Below, piece after piece: positions 53,501 through 62,766 of a stretch of DNA of 64,000 nucleotides. Under the pieces are notes generated by a model, which worked only from the letters and a program-made list of their open reading frames with translations, made no database searches and was not told the DNA's origin. Origin of the DNA: Camelus ferus (Eukaryota); NCBI RefSeq assembly GCF_009834535.1, contig NC_045696.1, positions 70,558,001 through 70,622,000 on the forward strand. Direction: 5' to 3'. Position 1 is the first letter of the stretch. Each line of letters opens with the position of its first letter. A program made the position numbers and the translations under genes.

Positions 53501-56500
53501 GGGCAGGAATCTGTCATCATCATCCTCAGTATTACTATTATTATTTGCAGAATCTATGTATTGAATTCAGAAAACCAAAATGGAAAGACTATATAAAACT
53601 ATACGCCTTGAAGTCAAAAGCAAAATTTTATAAAACTTAACAACATCAGTATCTATTGTCTTGATGGACTATTAAATATTTTTGCATTAACCCAGCTCTC
53701 TAAATCATTTTCACAAAAGACCACAGATATTCTCTTCCAGCCATTATATACTGGCCACATTCACCAATGCCACCCCCATTTCACAACAAAAAAAGCACTA
53801 AACTTGGAGCCAAAAACCCCAATGTTGAGTAACTGCTTAATCTCCTAACCCAATGATGTAAGACAAGTTAATATCACCTCTCTGAGTCTGTCTTCTCGTT
53901 TGTAAAATAGGATATGGCTTTCCCTATTTTCAAAGTTGTAAGAGTTTATGAAATAAGGTACATGAAAATACTTTCATAAATTATTAAAAAATCACTCAGT
54001 TGTAAAAGTTTCTGATCAATCATTTCTCTATATGAAAAGACTAAAAAAACAAGCACTCTACCTCAACCAAATACACAAAATGGCAACTAAACTGAAAAGG
54101 AATTTAAAGAAAAGGCAGACAGTGTTTCTTTTAGGCTCACTGCCATATTTCATTTAGGCACACCCAAGACTCTGGGCAGACCTTTATTTCATGGCTGCAC
54201 TAATTTCTATGTCAAGATGTGTAGCCATGTCTTATGAGTCAAAAATAATCACACAAAACCCATGAAAGCCAGATTCTATTTTTCTTAAGCCTCAGGCCAG
54301 GAGAAGTGCTGTGCTTTGTTTTATGCTCATTCCTACTTCATTATGCCATTGCAGGTTATAAAACTGGGGGGACGAGAACAAAATACTTACAGCTGCAGAC
54401 ACTATCTGAGCAGAAATTCCCTTTAAAAGTGAATGTCGCATAACTGATCCATGGAGTGAAAAAGAATCAGGTAATTTCTTTTTCCTTTAAAAAAAAAAAA
54501 GAAAAACATTTAAGGACAGGAAAAAAAGAAAAAAGAAAAGGCAGAGTCTTTAAAGCTTTGAAATAAGAAAAAAATTAAAACAAAGCAGAAAACACCACTA
54601 CGTAATTTGTTAGCTCCGTTTTGTGAAGAGGTATAGAGTCTAACAGTCACACATTAAGACGTTGCACTAAATCCACCTTAACCTCAAAGAAGCACAAGCA
54701 GGAAAATGAATAAGGCCACCATTCCTTTTTCACTGATTCAACTGTTTCTTGCCCACCTCAAGTAATACAACAAGAGGTTCTGCTACTCATCAGAGGTTGC
54801 CCTTAGAGCACGCCTGCTTACACGTCTACATTACCTCTACCTGCTTTCCACCTTTGCCTTCTTTCTTGCCCTCTTCTTGTCTATAACCACCCTCTCACTC
54901 TCCAGCCAACCGCCTCAAATTCCCTACTCATTACTCATTTTCTGCTGCACCTACTGACAGCTCCTTTCACTAACCCTATTCATCACAGTATGAAAAATAA
55001 TTTTAAACTCTTACCAAACATTGAGCACCTACTCTATGGAACTAAAAGTATGCTCTGGGGATACAAAAATAAGAAACTCAAGGTTCCTACTCTCAAGGAC
55101 TTCATAGCTTAGCTAGAGGGACTAATAAGTAATTCACTCTTAAAAGATAAATGTTAGAAAAGAAACAAATAAAGCACCATAGGAATGAAATAAAGAGCTT
55201 AATCCTGTTTGTTAGGGGGATATCAGGGACAACTACAGAAAAGAGAAGGCATCTGATCTGGCCTTGATAGAAAACCAGGAATCTGTCACACAACAAAAAA
55301 GCAAAAGCAGAAATATGAAGATGTAATGGTGCACAGTGTGTGGGGAGAATGTGAGTACACAAAAGTCACGGACTGGAAAGAGAGCAGCAGGAGTGCTGAG
55401 ATTAGTTCAAAATGGTAAGGAGGTTCAGACTGATGCCATGCAACGGAGTTCTGACATTATTGTGTAGGCAAAAAGAAGGTACCATATCTCTTCAGCAGGC
55501 AGTGACTAGATCATCAAAAATATTTAAGTTATTGTAGTTCCAGACAAATTTTAGGATTTTTTTTTCTATTTCTGTGGAAAATGCCATTGAGATTTTGATA
55601 GAGATTGCACTGACTCTATAAATGGCTACAGGTAGTATGAACATTTTAATATTAACCCATGAACATGGGATATCTTTCCATTTATTCTGTCTTCTTTAAT
55701 TTCATTCATCAATGTCTTATAATTTTCAGTGTATAGCTCTTTCACCTCCTTGTTCCTAAACTTATTCCTAAGTATTTTATTGTTTTTGATGCTTTTGTAA
55801 ATGAGATTTTTATTACTTTTTCAGGTATTTCATTGTTAGTTTATAGAAACACAACTGGCCCCAATCAGCCAAAGCAATCTTGGGTAAGAAGAACAAGCCT
55901 GGAGGCATCACACATTCAAACTTTATTACAAGCTACAGTAATCAAATAGTATAGTACTGCATTAAAAAAGACACATCGACCAATGAACAGATTAGAGAGC
56001 CCAGAAATAACCATCCGCATACACAGTCAACTAATATTTGACAAAGGAACCAAGAATACTCAATAAGGAAAGAATATTCTCTCCAATAATGGTGCCAGGA
56101 AAACCTGATAATCACACACAGAAGAATGAAATTGTACTCCTATCTTACACCACTGATAAAGATTAAAAGGATTAAAGATTTAAACATAAAACACCTAGAA
56201 GAAAACAGGGGAAAACTCCTTGACACTGATATTGGTAACAATGTTTTGGTTATGTATGACACCAAAAGCACAAGCAGCAAAAGCAAATAAATACCTATTA
56301 ATGAGACTACATCAAACTGAAAAGCTTTTGCAAAGCTGAAGAAATAATCAGGGGTTGAGGGGTACAACCCAGTGGTATAGCATGTGCTTAGTTAGCATGC
56401 ACAAGGTCCTGGGTTCAATCGCAGTACCTCCATTAACAGAAAAGAAAAGAAAGAAAAGAAAGAAAGAAAAGAAAGAAAGAAAAGAAAGGAAAGAAAAGAA

Positions 56501-56570
56501 AGGAAAGAAAAGAAAGGAAAGAAAGAAAGGAAAGAAAGAAAGGAAAGAAAGAAAGGAAAGAAAGAAAGGA

Positions 56571-56625
<55 letters not shown>

Positions 56626-59600
56626 GAAAGAAAGGAAAGGAAAGGAAGAAAAGAAAAGAGAAGAAAAGAAAAGAGAAGAAAAGAAGAGAGGAGAAAAGAA
56701 GAGAGGAGAAAAGAAAGAGAAGAAGAAAGGAAAAAAAATTAAAAAATGAAAAGGCAACCTACAGAATAGGAAAAAATATCTGCAAACCATCCACCTGATA
56801 AGGGGTTAAAATCCGAAATATAAAAAGAACTCTTATAACTCAATAGCAAAGAACAACCTGAGTTAAAAAAAAAAAAAAGTAAGAGGACCTACACAGGCAT
56901 TTTTTCAAAGAAGACATACAGATGGCCAACAGGTACATAAAAAGGTATTCAACATCAGTAATCATCAGGAAACGCAAATCAAAACCACGAAGAGATATCA
57001 CCTCATACCCATTAGTACAGCCATTATCAAAAAGACAAAAGAGTAAGTATTGGTGAGGATACAGAGAAAAGGGAATCCTGGTGCACTGTTGGTAGGAATG
57101 TAAATTGGTGTAGCCTCTATGGAAAACAGTACGGAGGTCCCTCAAAAAATTAAAAATAGAACTACCATATGATCCAGCAATCCCACTTCTGGGTTATGCA
57201 TCCAAAGGAAATAAAATGACTATCTCAAAGAGGTATCTGCACTTGCATGTTCATTGTGGCATAATTTGACATAGGCAAGATATGGAAACAACCCAAGTTA
57301 AATGTCCATCTACAGATGAATGGATAAAGAAGATGTGTTACATGTGTGTATACACATACACACACACATATACATACAATGGGATATCATTTAGCCATGA
57401 GAAAGAAGGAAATCTTGCCATTTGCAACAACACTGATGGACCTTAAGAGTGTTATGCTATACGAAATGTCAGATTGGAGAAGACAAATACTGTACGATCT
57501 CACTTATATGTGGAATTTTAAAAAGCCAAACTCACAGAAACAGAGTAGAATAGTGGTAGCCAGGGGCTGGGGAGCAGGGGAAATACAGAGATGCTGGTTA
57601 AAGGGTACAAACTTCCAATTTTAAAATAAGTTCTGGGGATCTAATGTACAGCACGGTGACTATAGCTAACAACACTGTGTTATTTATACACTTGAAAATT
57701 GCTGAGAGTAGATCTTAGATGTTCTTGCTGCAGAAAGAAATGATAATTATGCAAGGTGATAAAGGTGTTAACTAACCTTATTGTGGTAATCATTTCACAA
57801 TATATACATACATCAAAGAATCACATTGTACACCTTAAATCTATACAATACTATATGTCAATTATATCTCAATAAAGCTGAAACAATTTAAGCTATCTAT
57901 TTGTAGGAGAAAGTGGTGAACAAGTTAATATGCCCAGTCATGGCCCCTATCCCAAAAGAGTTGACAACCTAAAGAAGACAGCACTGACAAAGGCAAAATT
58001 TAAGAAGCGAGGAAAAATACACCAACAACTTATCAACATTAAAGTTACACATGAATTCAATAAAGTATTTACATTATGCTTCCTCCACTTCTCTTTCCTT
58101 TTCATGTGCTCTCTAAGAATCTGGAAGGTGAAAAGCAGCCAAAATGAAGTTATTTAGGGTTAGAAGTCCTTTTCCCAAATCTTTAATCATCTTTTTGACT
58201 CTCCTCTGAACCCATTCCAAGGGAATGAAGAAACACTGGAGCTATCCTTAGAGAGTGGGAGGAAGCAGGTGGGGAGCGGAGGGAGCAGCAGGGTGGTGAG
58301 GCAGACCAGCTCCACGTTTCCACCACACACCCTGTGCCGGGTTTGATTTGTGTGCTCTCCAAGGGCTCTCCCACTTGTGGGAGTCCTGCCTGTTGTATGG
58401 CTTCCTACTGGGGGTGCAGGAGACAGTGGTCATGGCATCCACCTTTTTATCCTCTCCCCTCAACAGTGCCAACATCTTCAGGGTCTAACAAGCAGATGAT
58501 TTCCACCCAAGTGGGCCCTCTACTTCCTATGCAGGGCTTTAGCAGACCATACTGTACTACAAAGGAATATGTACATTTTAAATTATCAAATATTTTAGCC
58601 ATATGCAAGTGTGACTTAAATGAATACTTACCTTTTTAAGTTGGTCCTGTCACCACTATCTGAGCTTGCCACAGACGAAGTATCATAGGAGTGAGAATCA
58701 ATAGCATCGATGTTTAACAATGTAGGATCTTCAAGAACAAAAGATTCATCTTCATCATCAGTCTGAAATAGAACAAGGATCAATAAATTCAGAATCCCAA
58801 ATGCTCTATGAGAGAAGCCAGATAGGTGTTAATGGAGTTCTCCAAAACACTCATGCTTATTCTGCTTTTCACCTCTTTTCCATGCATTGTTATTGACCAG
58901 AGAGTCATAGTACAGAATTAAACTTCAACTTTGGACATCTCTCTCTACAAAGAGCTGACTCCAAAAATTCCTTTCTTGTAGAAGGAAAAAGCAGTAGTTA
59001 TGCAGATTATTGTTAGCTGCCAAACAGTTCTAAAATTCAAACCTGTATAGATGCTTTACTAGTTAACTGACAGCCAATGGCCAACTGGAAGAAAATAAAT
59101 ACCACCTGACTATAAAAAGTATACCCTGAGAAGTATGACAAGCAGACAGAAGAGAGGCATTCTCTGGGGGAGTGTATAGCTCAAGCGGCAGAGCGCATGA
59201 TTAGCATGCACGAGGTCCTGGGTTCAATCCCCAGTACCTCCTCCAAATATAAATAAATAAACCCAATTACCTACCCCTCAGTAAAGAAAAAAGAGGAAAA
59301 AAAATCATTAAAAAAAAAGGCATTTGACAGAAGAGAGGCATTCTGGGCTGAAAACAGCATGTGCAAACACAGTGACTTCATAACATGGGTTTTGCCCATG
59401 AAAAAGGAAGTAGTCCAAAATGACTGGAGTATAGGAGCTGGAGGTGATCCTAGAAAGATAAGCTGGGATCCAAACCATAAAAAGCCTTATATTTCACTAT
59501 ACTAGGTGACAGGAGGACCCATGTTTACCTTGTCCACCGGTGTATCCCGAGTGCCTGGTACAATGCCTGACCCATAATCAGTACTCGTTTACTTAATAAG

Positions 59601-62600
59601 CTAGTGTACTATATACAGCAGGCAGTGGGAAGGCAACTGAGGTCTTTTAAGAAATGGACATACATGATGAGACTCATGTTTTAGAAAGATGAATGGGGCA
59701 GTATGAAGTTAGATGAGGACAAGGGGGAAACTGAGGCAGGGAGACTATTAAGAACCAGTGAGAAGACTATTGCAATGTCAAGGAAAGAGAGGAGTCCATT
59801 CTAGAAATGCAGCAGGAGTCAAAACATGAAGTAATGAATATGATTAGAAAATGAAATTTCAAAATTAAAAATCTCATTAGTGGCAAAGGATGACAAGGTA
59901 ACATTATTTCATTCCCCAAGTTCTGAGATTTAGTGTGTCTCAGCAATCTCTAACTTTCTGTAAAATATTCTGGATGTCCATTTCTCCCCAGGGTCTCTTC
60001 AGGTTGCTACTAATGAACATGACAGACCATATGCACCCACATATCCTGGAGTAAGTACTTATACTTTCTACTTCTGCCCCCTTATAGTTTTCATAATGTT
60101 CTACAACTTAAATTATTTTTACTCTCACTTGTCTACCTCCCTAGCTCCCCGGTGTGTGAAAGCTAGCCAATTTCCAGTCCTATTCCTCTCCCAAAGTCAA
60201 AGATGATCATGGAGCACTTTATAATCCCAGTATCTAACACTAGGACCCGAATACACACGGCACCCAAGTTACTACTCAGGATGATAACAATATTATCTCC
60301 TCAGTAAACCACTATGACTGTACTTACTGTCACTAGCAGATAGGAAAATTTTGCAAAGACAGTTTTCCTTTATTATGAACTACAGTCTCACTTACATGAG
60401 CAATATTTTCTTTGCCATTATTATATAAATATGTACAAATAGGGTTTTGTACACAGTCCTCTAAGATTATTTGTATTTCTCACTTAGTAACTAAAAGGAG
60501 AATAAGACCATGTTATTAAAACTGACTAAAATTAATCTCTTCATCTCTAAATGAAAAATTTCCTCTATATTAGAAAGCAATAAATAAATCGCTGTAAAAG
60601 GATATTCTTTCATTGACCAAAGCCTTCTTTGTCAAAATTCAAAATGCTTAAGTCTCGTTAACACAGATCATACATACTGTTTCTGAAGTTAAAATATATT
60701 CAAAGTAACAGCAACTTCAAGCTGATGTTTAAAAAAAGAAATAAAAGTCATATAAGAAAAATAAAAAATATAACCCTAGAAATATAGATGAAGAAGCAAC
60801 AAAGACCAAGGACCAACTCACTCAGACCTATGGGTTCAGTGGGTGTTTTTGTTGAGGAACTCTTGTATCATTAGCTTCTAGAAAACACAACTACGGATCT
60901 GAAATACTTACATATTAAAAAAAAAATCTTTCTCAAATTAGAAGCTAAAACCTCCAATAGGAGTCCTAACGCAAGTTTTTATAAGATCAAGAAGACTGAG
61001 CTGAAGAACTGTCAGCAGATGCAGAGTACAAAAAAACTGGCATACTTTACAAAGTTCCTTTACAAAGCCTTTATGATCTGCTAATTCGGAAAATAACATC
61101 ATTTCAAAACTCCAAAAAACTTTTTAAGAGAGATGATATTCACAAGATAAACTAGGAAGGTTTCGTTTTCTTTCTATGGAAGGGTGATGAAGTGTATTTC
61201 AAGGCTGCAGGTTTTTTTTAGTAACAGAGGATGACTGGTAGAGATAACATTATCAAAACATAATATAAACCTGAAAAGTGACATGAATTTAGTATTTCAA
61301 CTCATTTAATAAAACATTTCTTTAAATCTACCAAGTATGAGGCATTGTACTGGGCACAGAGATGAAGACATGGCTACTGCCCTTGAGAAGCTCACAATCT
61401 AGATCAGCACTGTCCAACAGAACTTTCTGCACGATGGAAACATCCTGTGTCTATGCTGTCCACTGGAGTAGCCACTTCAAGTGGCTACTGACCCCATTAA
61501 GTGTGCCTTGTACAACTCAGCAACTGAATTTTCCATTTTTACTTAACGGTCATCAATTTAAATTGAAATTGCCACATGTGATTAGTGGCTCCCATATTAT
61601 ACAATACAGATCTAGATAAATACACTATAACCCAGAAGTATTAAAATAAATGCCATAAAATGATAGTGATCATTAACATATACTTACTTCATTGAGTATG
61701 CTTTCCAGTGTTGGAGGAGTATCAACTTGAGGAATATCAAACTCCTTATCATCAATCTAAGTAGAGAGAAGAAATTAATGCTCACATAATGATGCTTTCC
61801 CTTTTATAATCATGAGGGTGTTTTAACTGATTAGAACCATTATCAATTAAGAGACAAACATACCACCAAACTCTTCACACAGAAAACAAACTCAATAATC
61901 CATGATAATAAGAGCTCAAAAGGAAATTATTTTCAGTGATTATCAAGGACAAATATGCACTGACTGCACCATCCTGACAGCCTTTTCCAGAAAGCTTCTG
62001 TTGAAAGGCTATGGCATCTGCTTTCTTAAACGAGTCAAACAGCATATTTATGACAAGTCCTAATTTTCTAAGTTTAGACATAAGTCATAAGCAATATACA
62101 AAGGGATAACATTTCTTAGTCATTTCATAAATTATGGTGGGAGGTGATTAGGTCAAACAACTTGTCATTGAATATTCCCACGGTCACAAAAAACTATTAA
62201 TTCACTATCAAATCACTGGGGGGGGGGCGGGAATCATTGCACAAGAATTCTAAACCTACCACTAGCTGTATGATATTGAGAAGTCACTTAACATAGCTGC
62301 ATTTCAGTTTTTTCCCCTATAAAGTGGATTATCAGAATGCTGTGGAGCTCAAATGAGAAGATGTATTAAAGTGTTTCATAAACTATAATGAACTCAACAA
62401 ATGAAGAGTAATACTATCTCATAAAACTGTATATAGATGCCTATTAATCCACACAAAAATGATAAATTTAGAATCTTTGGATCATAAAGTATACTCTAAC
62501 CAACATTTTGGCTAAACATCACTTGACAAAAGCTGAATTTTTACCAAGTCATTTTTGAGCTCCAGTTCCTTGTCCAGATCTATGTAAGAGAATTTTGAAA

Positions 62601-62697
62601 GTGAAGCTTCTAGATTGAAAGACTTATTCAGTTCTTCATCAGCAGTCTTGGCACAGAGGCTTTGTTCCACATTTTCGTGGTCTGGTTCATTTTCCAT
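20507..62697 (-). CDS. VPS8: VPS8 (vacuolar protein sorting-associated protein 8 homolog, CORVET subunit), 3'-partial multi-exon CDS: 20 coding exons, first 578 codons
   Basis: Exon translations ([17 protein letters not shown]..., [69 protein letters not shown]...) match mammalian VPS8 as I recall it. Exon lengths sum to 1734 nt with consistent phases and canonical GT-AG sites. Confidence 0.97.
21550..21596 (-). CDS. VPS8: VPS8 coding exon 19 (47 nt; [16 protein letters not shown])
   Basis: CAG|GA acceptor, CGG|GTAAGT donor, phase 1/0. Confidence 0.95.
22025..22115 (-). CDS. VPS8: VPS8 coding exon 18 (91 nt; [31 protein letters not shown])
   Basis: TAG|AGA acceptor, G|GTAAGT donor, phase 0/1. 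Confidence 0.96.
22356..22837. mobile_element. MaLR solo LTR (MLT1-type)
   Basis: TG...CA ends; GGCCATGTGACTAAGTTCTGGCCAA and GCTGGAGCTCCAGCAG motifs; 5-bp TSD GTCAC/GTCAG. Confidence 0.8.
22916..23075 (+). mobile_element. tRNA-Ala-derived SINE (camelid Vic-1-like)
   Basis: A box TAGCTCAGTGG and B box GGTTCAATCC; A-rich tail; perfect 17-bp TSD TAAAAAGCACAAATCCA (22899-22915 / 23076-23092). Confidence 0.92.
23183..23218 (-). CDS. VPS8: VPS8 coding exon 17 (36 nt; [12 protein letters not shown])
   Basis: CAG|TCT acceptor, GAG|GTGAGT donor. Confidence 0.95.
23918..23992 (-). CDS. VPS8: VPS8 coding exon 16 (75 nt; [25 protein letters not shown])
   Basis: TAG|GCT acceptor, AAA|GTAAGT donor. Confidence 0.96.
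24726..24864 (-). mobile_element. tRNA-Ala-derived SINE (Vic-1-like)
   Basis: Reverse complement reads GGGGGAGGGTGCAGCTCAGTGGTAGGAAGCATGCTTAGCATGCACGAGGTCCTGGGTTCAATCCC..., with the same TAATTACCT tail as the other copies. Confidence 0.9.
26644..27449 (-). mobile_element. Young 5'-truncated LINE-1 nested in the older L1
   Basis: ORF2 C-terminus ([12 protein letters not shown] in ORF 27229..27537) and 3'UTR; perfect 13-bp TSD TCAGTCTACATTT (26631-26643 / 27450-27462). Confidence 0.92.
27610..28407 (-). mobile_element. LINE-1 3' end (L1MB-like) nested in the older L1
   Basis: CAACCATCACCAAAATCCAGTTTCAGAACATTT and GGCTATTATGAATAATGCTGCTATAAACATT motifs. Confidence 0.85.
30731..30901 (-). CDS. 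VPS8: VPS8 coding exon 15 (171 nt; [10 protein letters not shown]...GGNVSQAL)
   Basis: CAG|TGG acceptor, CTG|GTAAGG donor; overlaps ORF 30698..30943. Confidence 0.96.
32934..33014 (-). CDS. VPS8: VPS8 coding exon 14 (81 nt; [27 protein letters not shown])
   Basis: CAG|GTT acceptor, ACT|GTGAGT donor; overlaps ORF 32844..33035. Confidence 0.96.
33245..33712. mobile_element. Tigger1-derived non-autonomous element (internal-deletion derivative)
   Basis: Both Tigger1 termini recognisable (AAGCAGACCTCATTTTATCGC... and ...GTGGTCTGGAATTGAACCCACAGTACCTCTGAAGTATGTCTG followed by TA), joined at about 33485. Confidence 0.85.
34320..34500 (+). mobile_element. MIR SINE
   Basis: GGGCAAATCACTT...CAGTTTCCTCATTTGTAAAATG core. 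Confidence 0.65.
35616..35839. mobile_element. MER58A-like hAT-Charlie MITE
   Basis: TIRs TAGAGGTCGGCAAACT / AGTTTGCCAACCCCTA; TSD ATCTCGAT/ATCTAGAT (hAT-Charlie NTCTAGAN target). Confidence 0.9.
35900..36450 (-). mobile_element. L2 fragment
   Basis: AACATTTATTAGGCACC...GCTGGAATACAGCAATAGA (reverse of the L2 3' end) followed by an L2-like body. Confidence 0.65.
37132..37239 (-). CDS. VPS8: VPS8 coding exon 13 (108 nt; [36 protein letters not shown])
   Basis: TAG|ATG acceptor, TTG|GTGAGT donor. Confidence 0.96.
37365..38240 (+). mobile_element. Old L1 3' end interrupted by a younger L1 3' end (about 37648-38075)
   Basis: Outer pieces carry TGATGGTAATGTTCTACATCTTGA and TTTGAAAATGTTCATAATACAATGTTGG; the inner piece has ATGGAATATTACTCAGTCATAAAAAAGAATGG...CAGCACAGGGAAATATATTCAG, flanked by AAAAAAACCATAAT / AAAAAAACACATAAT. 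Confidence 0.85.
38440..38549 (+). mobile_element. Very short L1 3' terminal fragment
   Basis: ATGACTGAAACATTATGCTGTACACCAGAAATTGACAC...GACTATACTTCAATTAAAAAAAAA resembles the 3' end of the L1 at 11068-12040. Confidence 0.85.
38938..38997 (-). CDS. VPS8: VPS8 coding exon 12 (60 nt; [20 protein letters not shown])
   Basis: AAG|ATA acceptor, CGG|GTGAGT donor; preceded by a short 103-nt intron. Confidence 0.96.
39101..39254 (-). CDS. VPS8: VPS8 coding exon 11 (154 nt; [51 protein letters not shown])
   Basis: CAG|G acceptor, AAG|GTAGGT donor; overlaps ORF 39080..39286. Confidence 0.96.
39290..39960 (+). mobile_element. L2 3' fragment
   Basis: AATAAAATCCAAACTCTTTACCATG...GATCTGGCTCCTGCC; ends near GCTCAGCTAATAAACATTAGCTGAAT. 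Confidence 0.8.
40502..40569 (-). CDS. VPS8: VPS8 coding exon 10 (68 nt; [23 protein letters not shown])
   Basis: TAG|TTT acceptor, AA|GTAAGA donor, phase 0/2. Confidence 0.95.
42895..42981 (-). CDS. VPS8: VPS8 coding exon 9 (87 nt; [29 protein letters not shown])
   Basis: TAG|ATC acceptor, AAG|GTAAAC donor; WD40-like ITMWD motif. Confidence 0.96.
43725..43849 (-). CDS. VPS8: VPS8 coding exon 8 (125 nt; [42 protein letters not shown])
   Basis: TAG|AT acceptor, CAG|GTAAAT donor; overlaps ORF 43668..43862. Confidence 0.96.
44609..44787 (-). mobile_element. Short L1 3' end
   Basis: TTTTATTGAAGTATAGTTGA...AGTTCCCTGTGCTACACAGTAGGTCCTT; 11-bp TSD CTGAAATATGT (44598-44608 / 44788-44798). Confidence 0.88.
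46010..46657 (+). mobile_element. Ancient TcMar-Tigger element (Tigger13a-like)
   Basis: AAAGAAAGCTGTTGTTTCTATGAAAACTAAATAAATGCTTTAGAAAAACTTGGTAAAG resembles the CENP-B-type HTH-coding start of a Tigger transposase; terminal-like ATAAGAGGGCATCGACTAC. Confidence 0.65.
46717..46722 (-). CDS. VPS8: VPS8 6-nt microexon (GAAAAG), inserting Gly-Lys (IF-GK-DQNQ)
   Basis: Minus strand reads ...CTGATTTCTTGCTTTTCTCTCTTTTGATCATTTCTCCATGGATTCAAAG|GAAAAG|GTATAG. Phase 1/1 fits between exons 6 and 8 and gives the FGKDQNQ I recall from human VPS8. Confidence 0.85.
49719..49773 (-). CDS. VPS8: VPS8 coding exon 6 (55 nt; [18 protein letters not shown] + 1 nt)
   Basis: CAG|GCA acceptor, TTTG|GTAAAT donor, phase 0/1. 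Confidence 0.95.
50748..50780 (-). CDS. VPS8: VPS8 coding exon 5 (33 nt; [11 protein letters not shown])
   Basis: TAG|GAC acceptor, ATT|GTAAGT donor. Confidence 0.95.
52186..52370. mobile_element. MER5A-like MITE
   Basis: GATTCTCAAA...GCATTAGAATCACCTGGG...TTCAGTAGGTCT...TGCATTTT...AGAAACACT. Confidence 0.8.
54391..54484 (-). CDS. VPS8: VPS8 coding exon 4 (94 nt; [31 protein letters not shown])
   Basis: AAG|G acceptor after a long T tract, GCT|GTAAGT donor, phase 2/0. Confidence 0.96.
56351..56436 (+). mobile_element. tRNA-Ala-derived SINE (Vic-1-like) inserted in the L1
   Basis: CAGTGGTATAGCATGTGCTTAGTTAGCATGCACAAGGTCCTGGGTTCAATCGCAGTACCTCCA. Confidence 0.88.
56439..56738 (+). repeat. Compound purine microsatellite (GAAA)n / (GAAAA)n / (GGAAA)n
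   Basis: About 300 nt consisting only of A and G, directly after the SINE body. Confidence 0.97.
58632..58762 (-). CDS. VPS8: VPS8 coding exon 3 (131 nt; [44 protein letters not shown])
   Basis: CAG|ACT acceptor, AG|GTAAGT donor, phase 0/2. Confidence 0.96.
59166..59325 (+). mobile_element. tRNA-Ala-derived SINE (Vic-1-like)
   Basis: GGGGGAGTGTATAGCTCAAGCGGCAGAGCGCATGATTAGCATGCACGAGGTCCTGGGTTCAATCCCCAGTACCTCC; perfect 19-bp flanking repeat GACAGAAGAGAGGCATTCT (59145-59163 / 59326-59344). Confidence 0.92.
61405..61609. mobile_element. MER3-like hAT-Charlie MITE
   Basis: CAGCACTGTCCAACAGAACTTTCTG...GCCACATGTGATTAGTGGCT; perfect 8-bp TSD ATCTAGAT (61397-61404 / 61610-61617). Confidence 0.9.
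61688..61756 (-). CDS. VPS8: VPS8 coding exon 2 (69 nt; [23 protein letters not shown])
   Basis: TAG|ATT acceptor, GAA|GTAAGT donor, phase 0/0. Confidence 0.96.
62545..62697 (-). CDS. VPS8: VPS8 coding exon 1 (153 nt coding; MENEPD...ELKNDL). The exon extends 5' as UTR to an acceptor at about 62784-62786.
   Basis: ATG at 62697-62695 in strong context (AATATGG); donor TTG|GTAAAA; upstream pyrimidine tract ending ...CAAAAG/AG near 62786. Confidence 0.96.
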
Positions 62698-62757
62698 ATT
62701 AACTTTTAATAACTGTATTCAGTCAATCCAAGCAAGTTTTTGTTTTGTTTTTTGGCC

Positions 62758-62766
62758 TTAGATCAT
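62758..62766 (-). promoter_or_regulatory. Minimal upstream ORF (ATG ATC TAA) in the VPS8 5'UTR
   Basis: Minus strand TTCATCATGATCTAA lies inside the exon carrying the start codon and ends 60 nt before the main ATG. Confidence 0.55.

Larger units (their letters stand above)
55533..57880 (+). mobile_element. 5'-truncated, 5'-inverted LINE-1 (L1MA8/9-like 3' end)
   Basis: 55533-55857 is antisense ORF2; 55858-57880 is sense ORF2 plus 3'UTR ending ATATCTCAATAAAGCTG; degenerate TSD at 55517-55532 / 57881-57896. Confidence 0.9.

Noticed and set aside
56355..56798. 147-aa Lys/Arg/Glu-rich ORF and the opposite-strand 132-aa Phe/Ser/Leu ORF
   Set aside because: Both are translations of the (GAAA)n microsatellite, which contains no stop codons.
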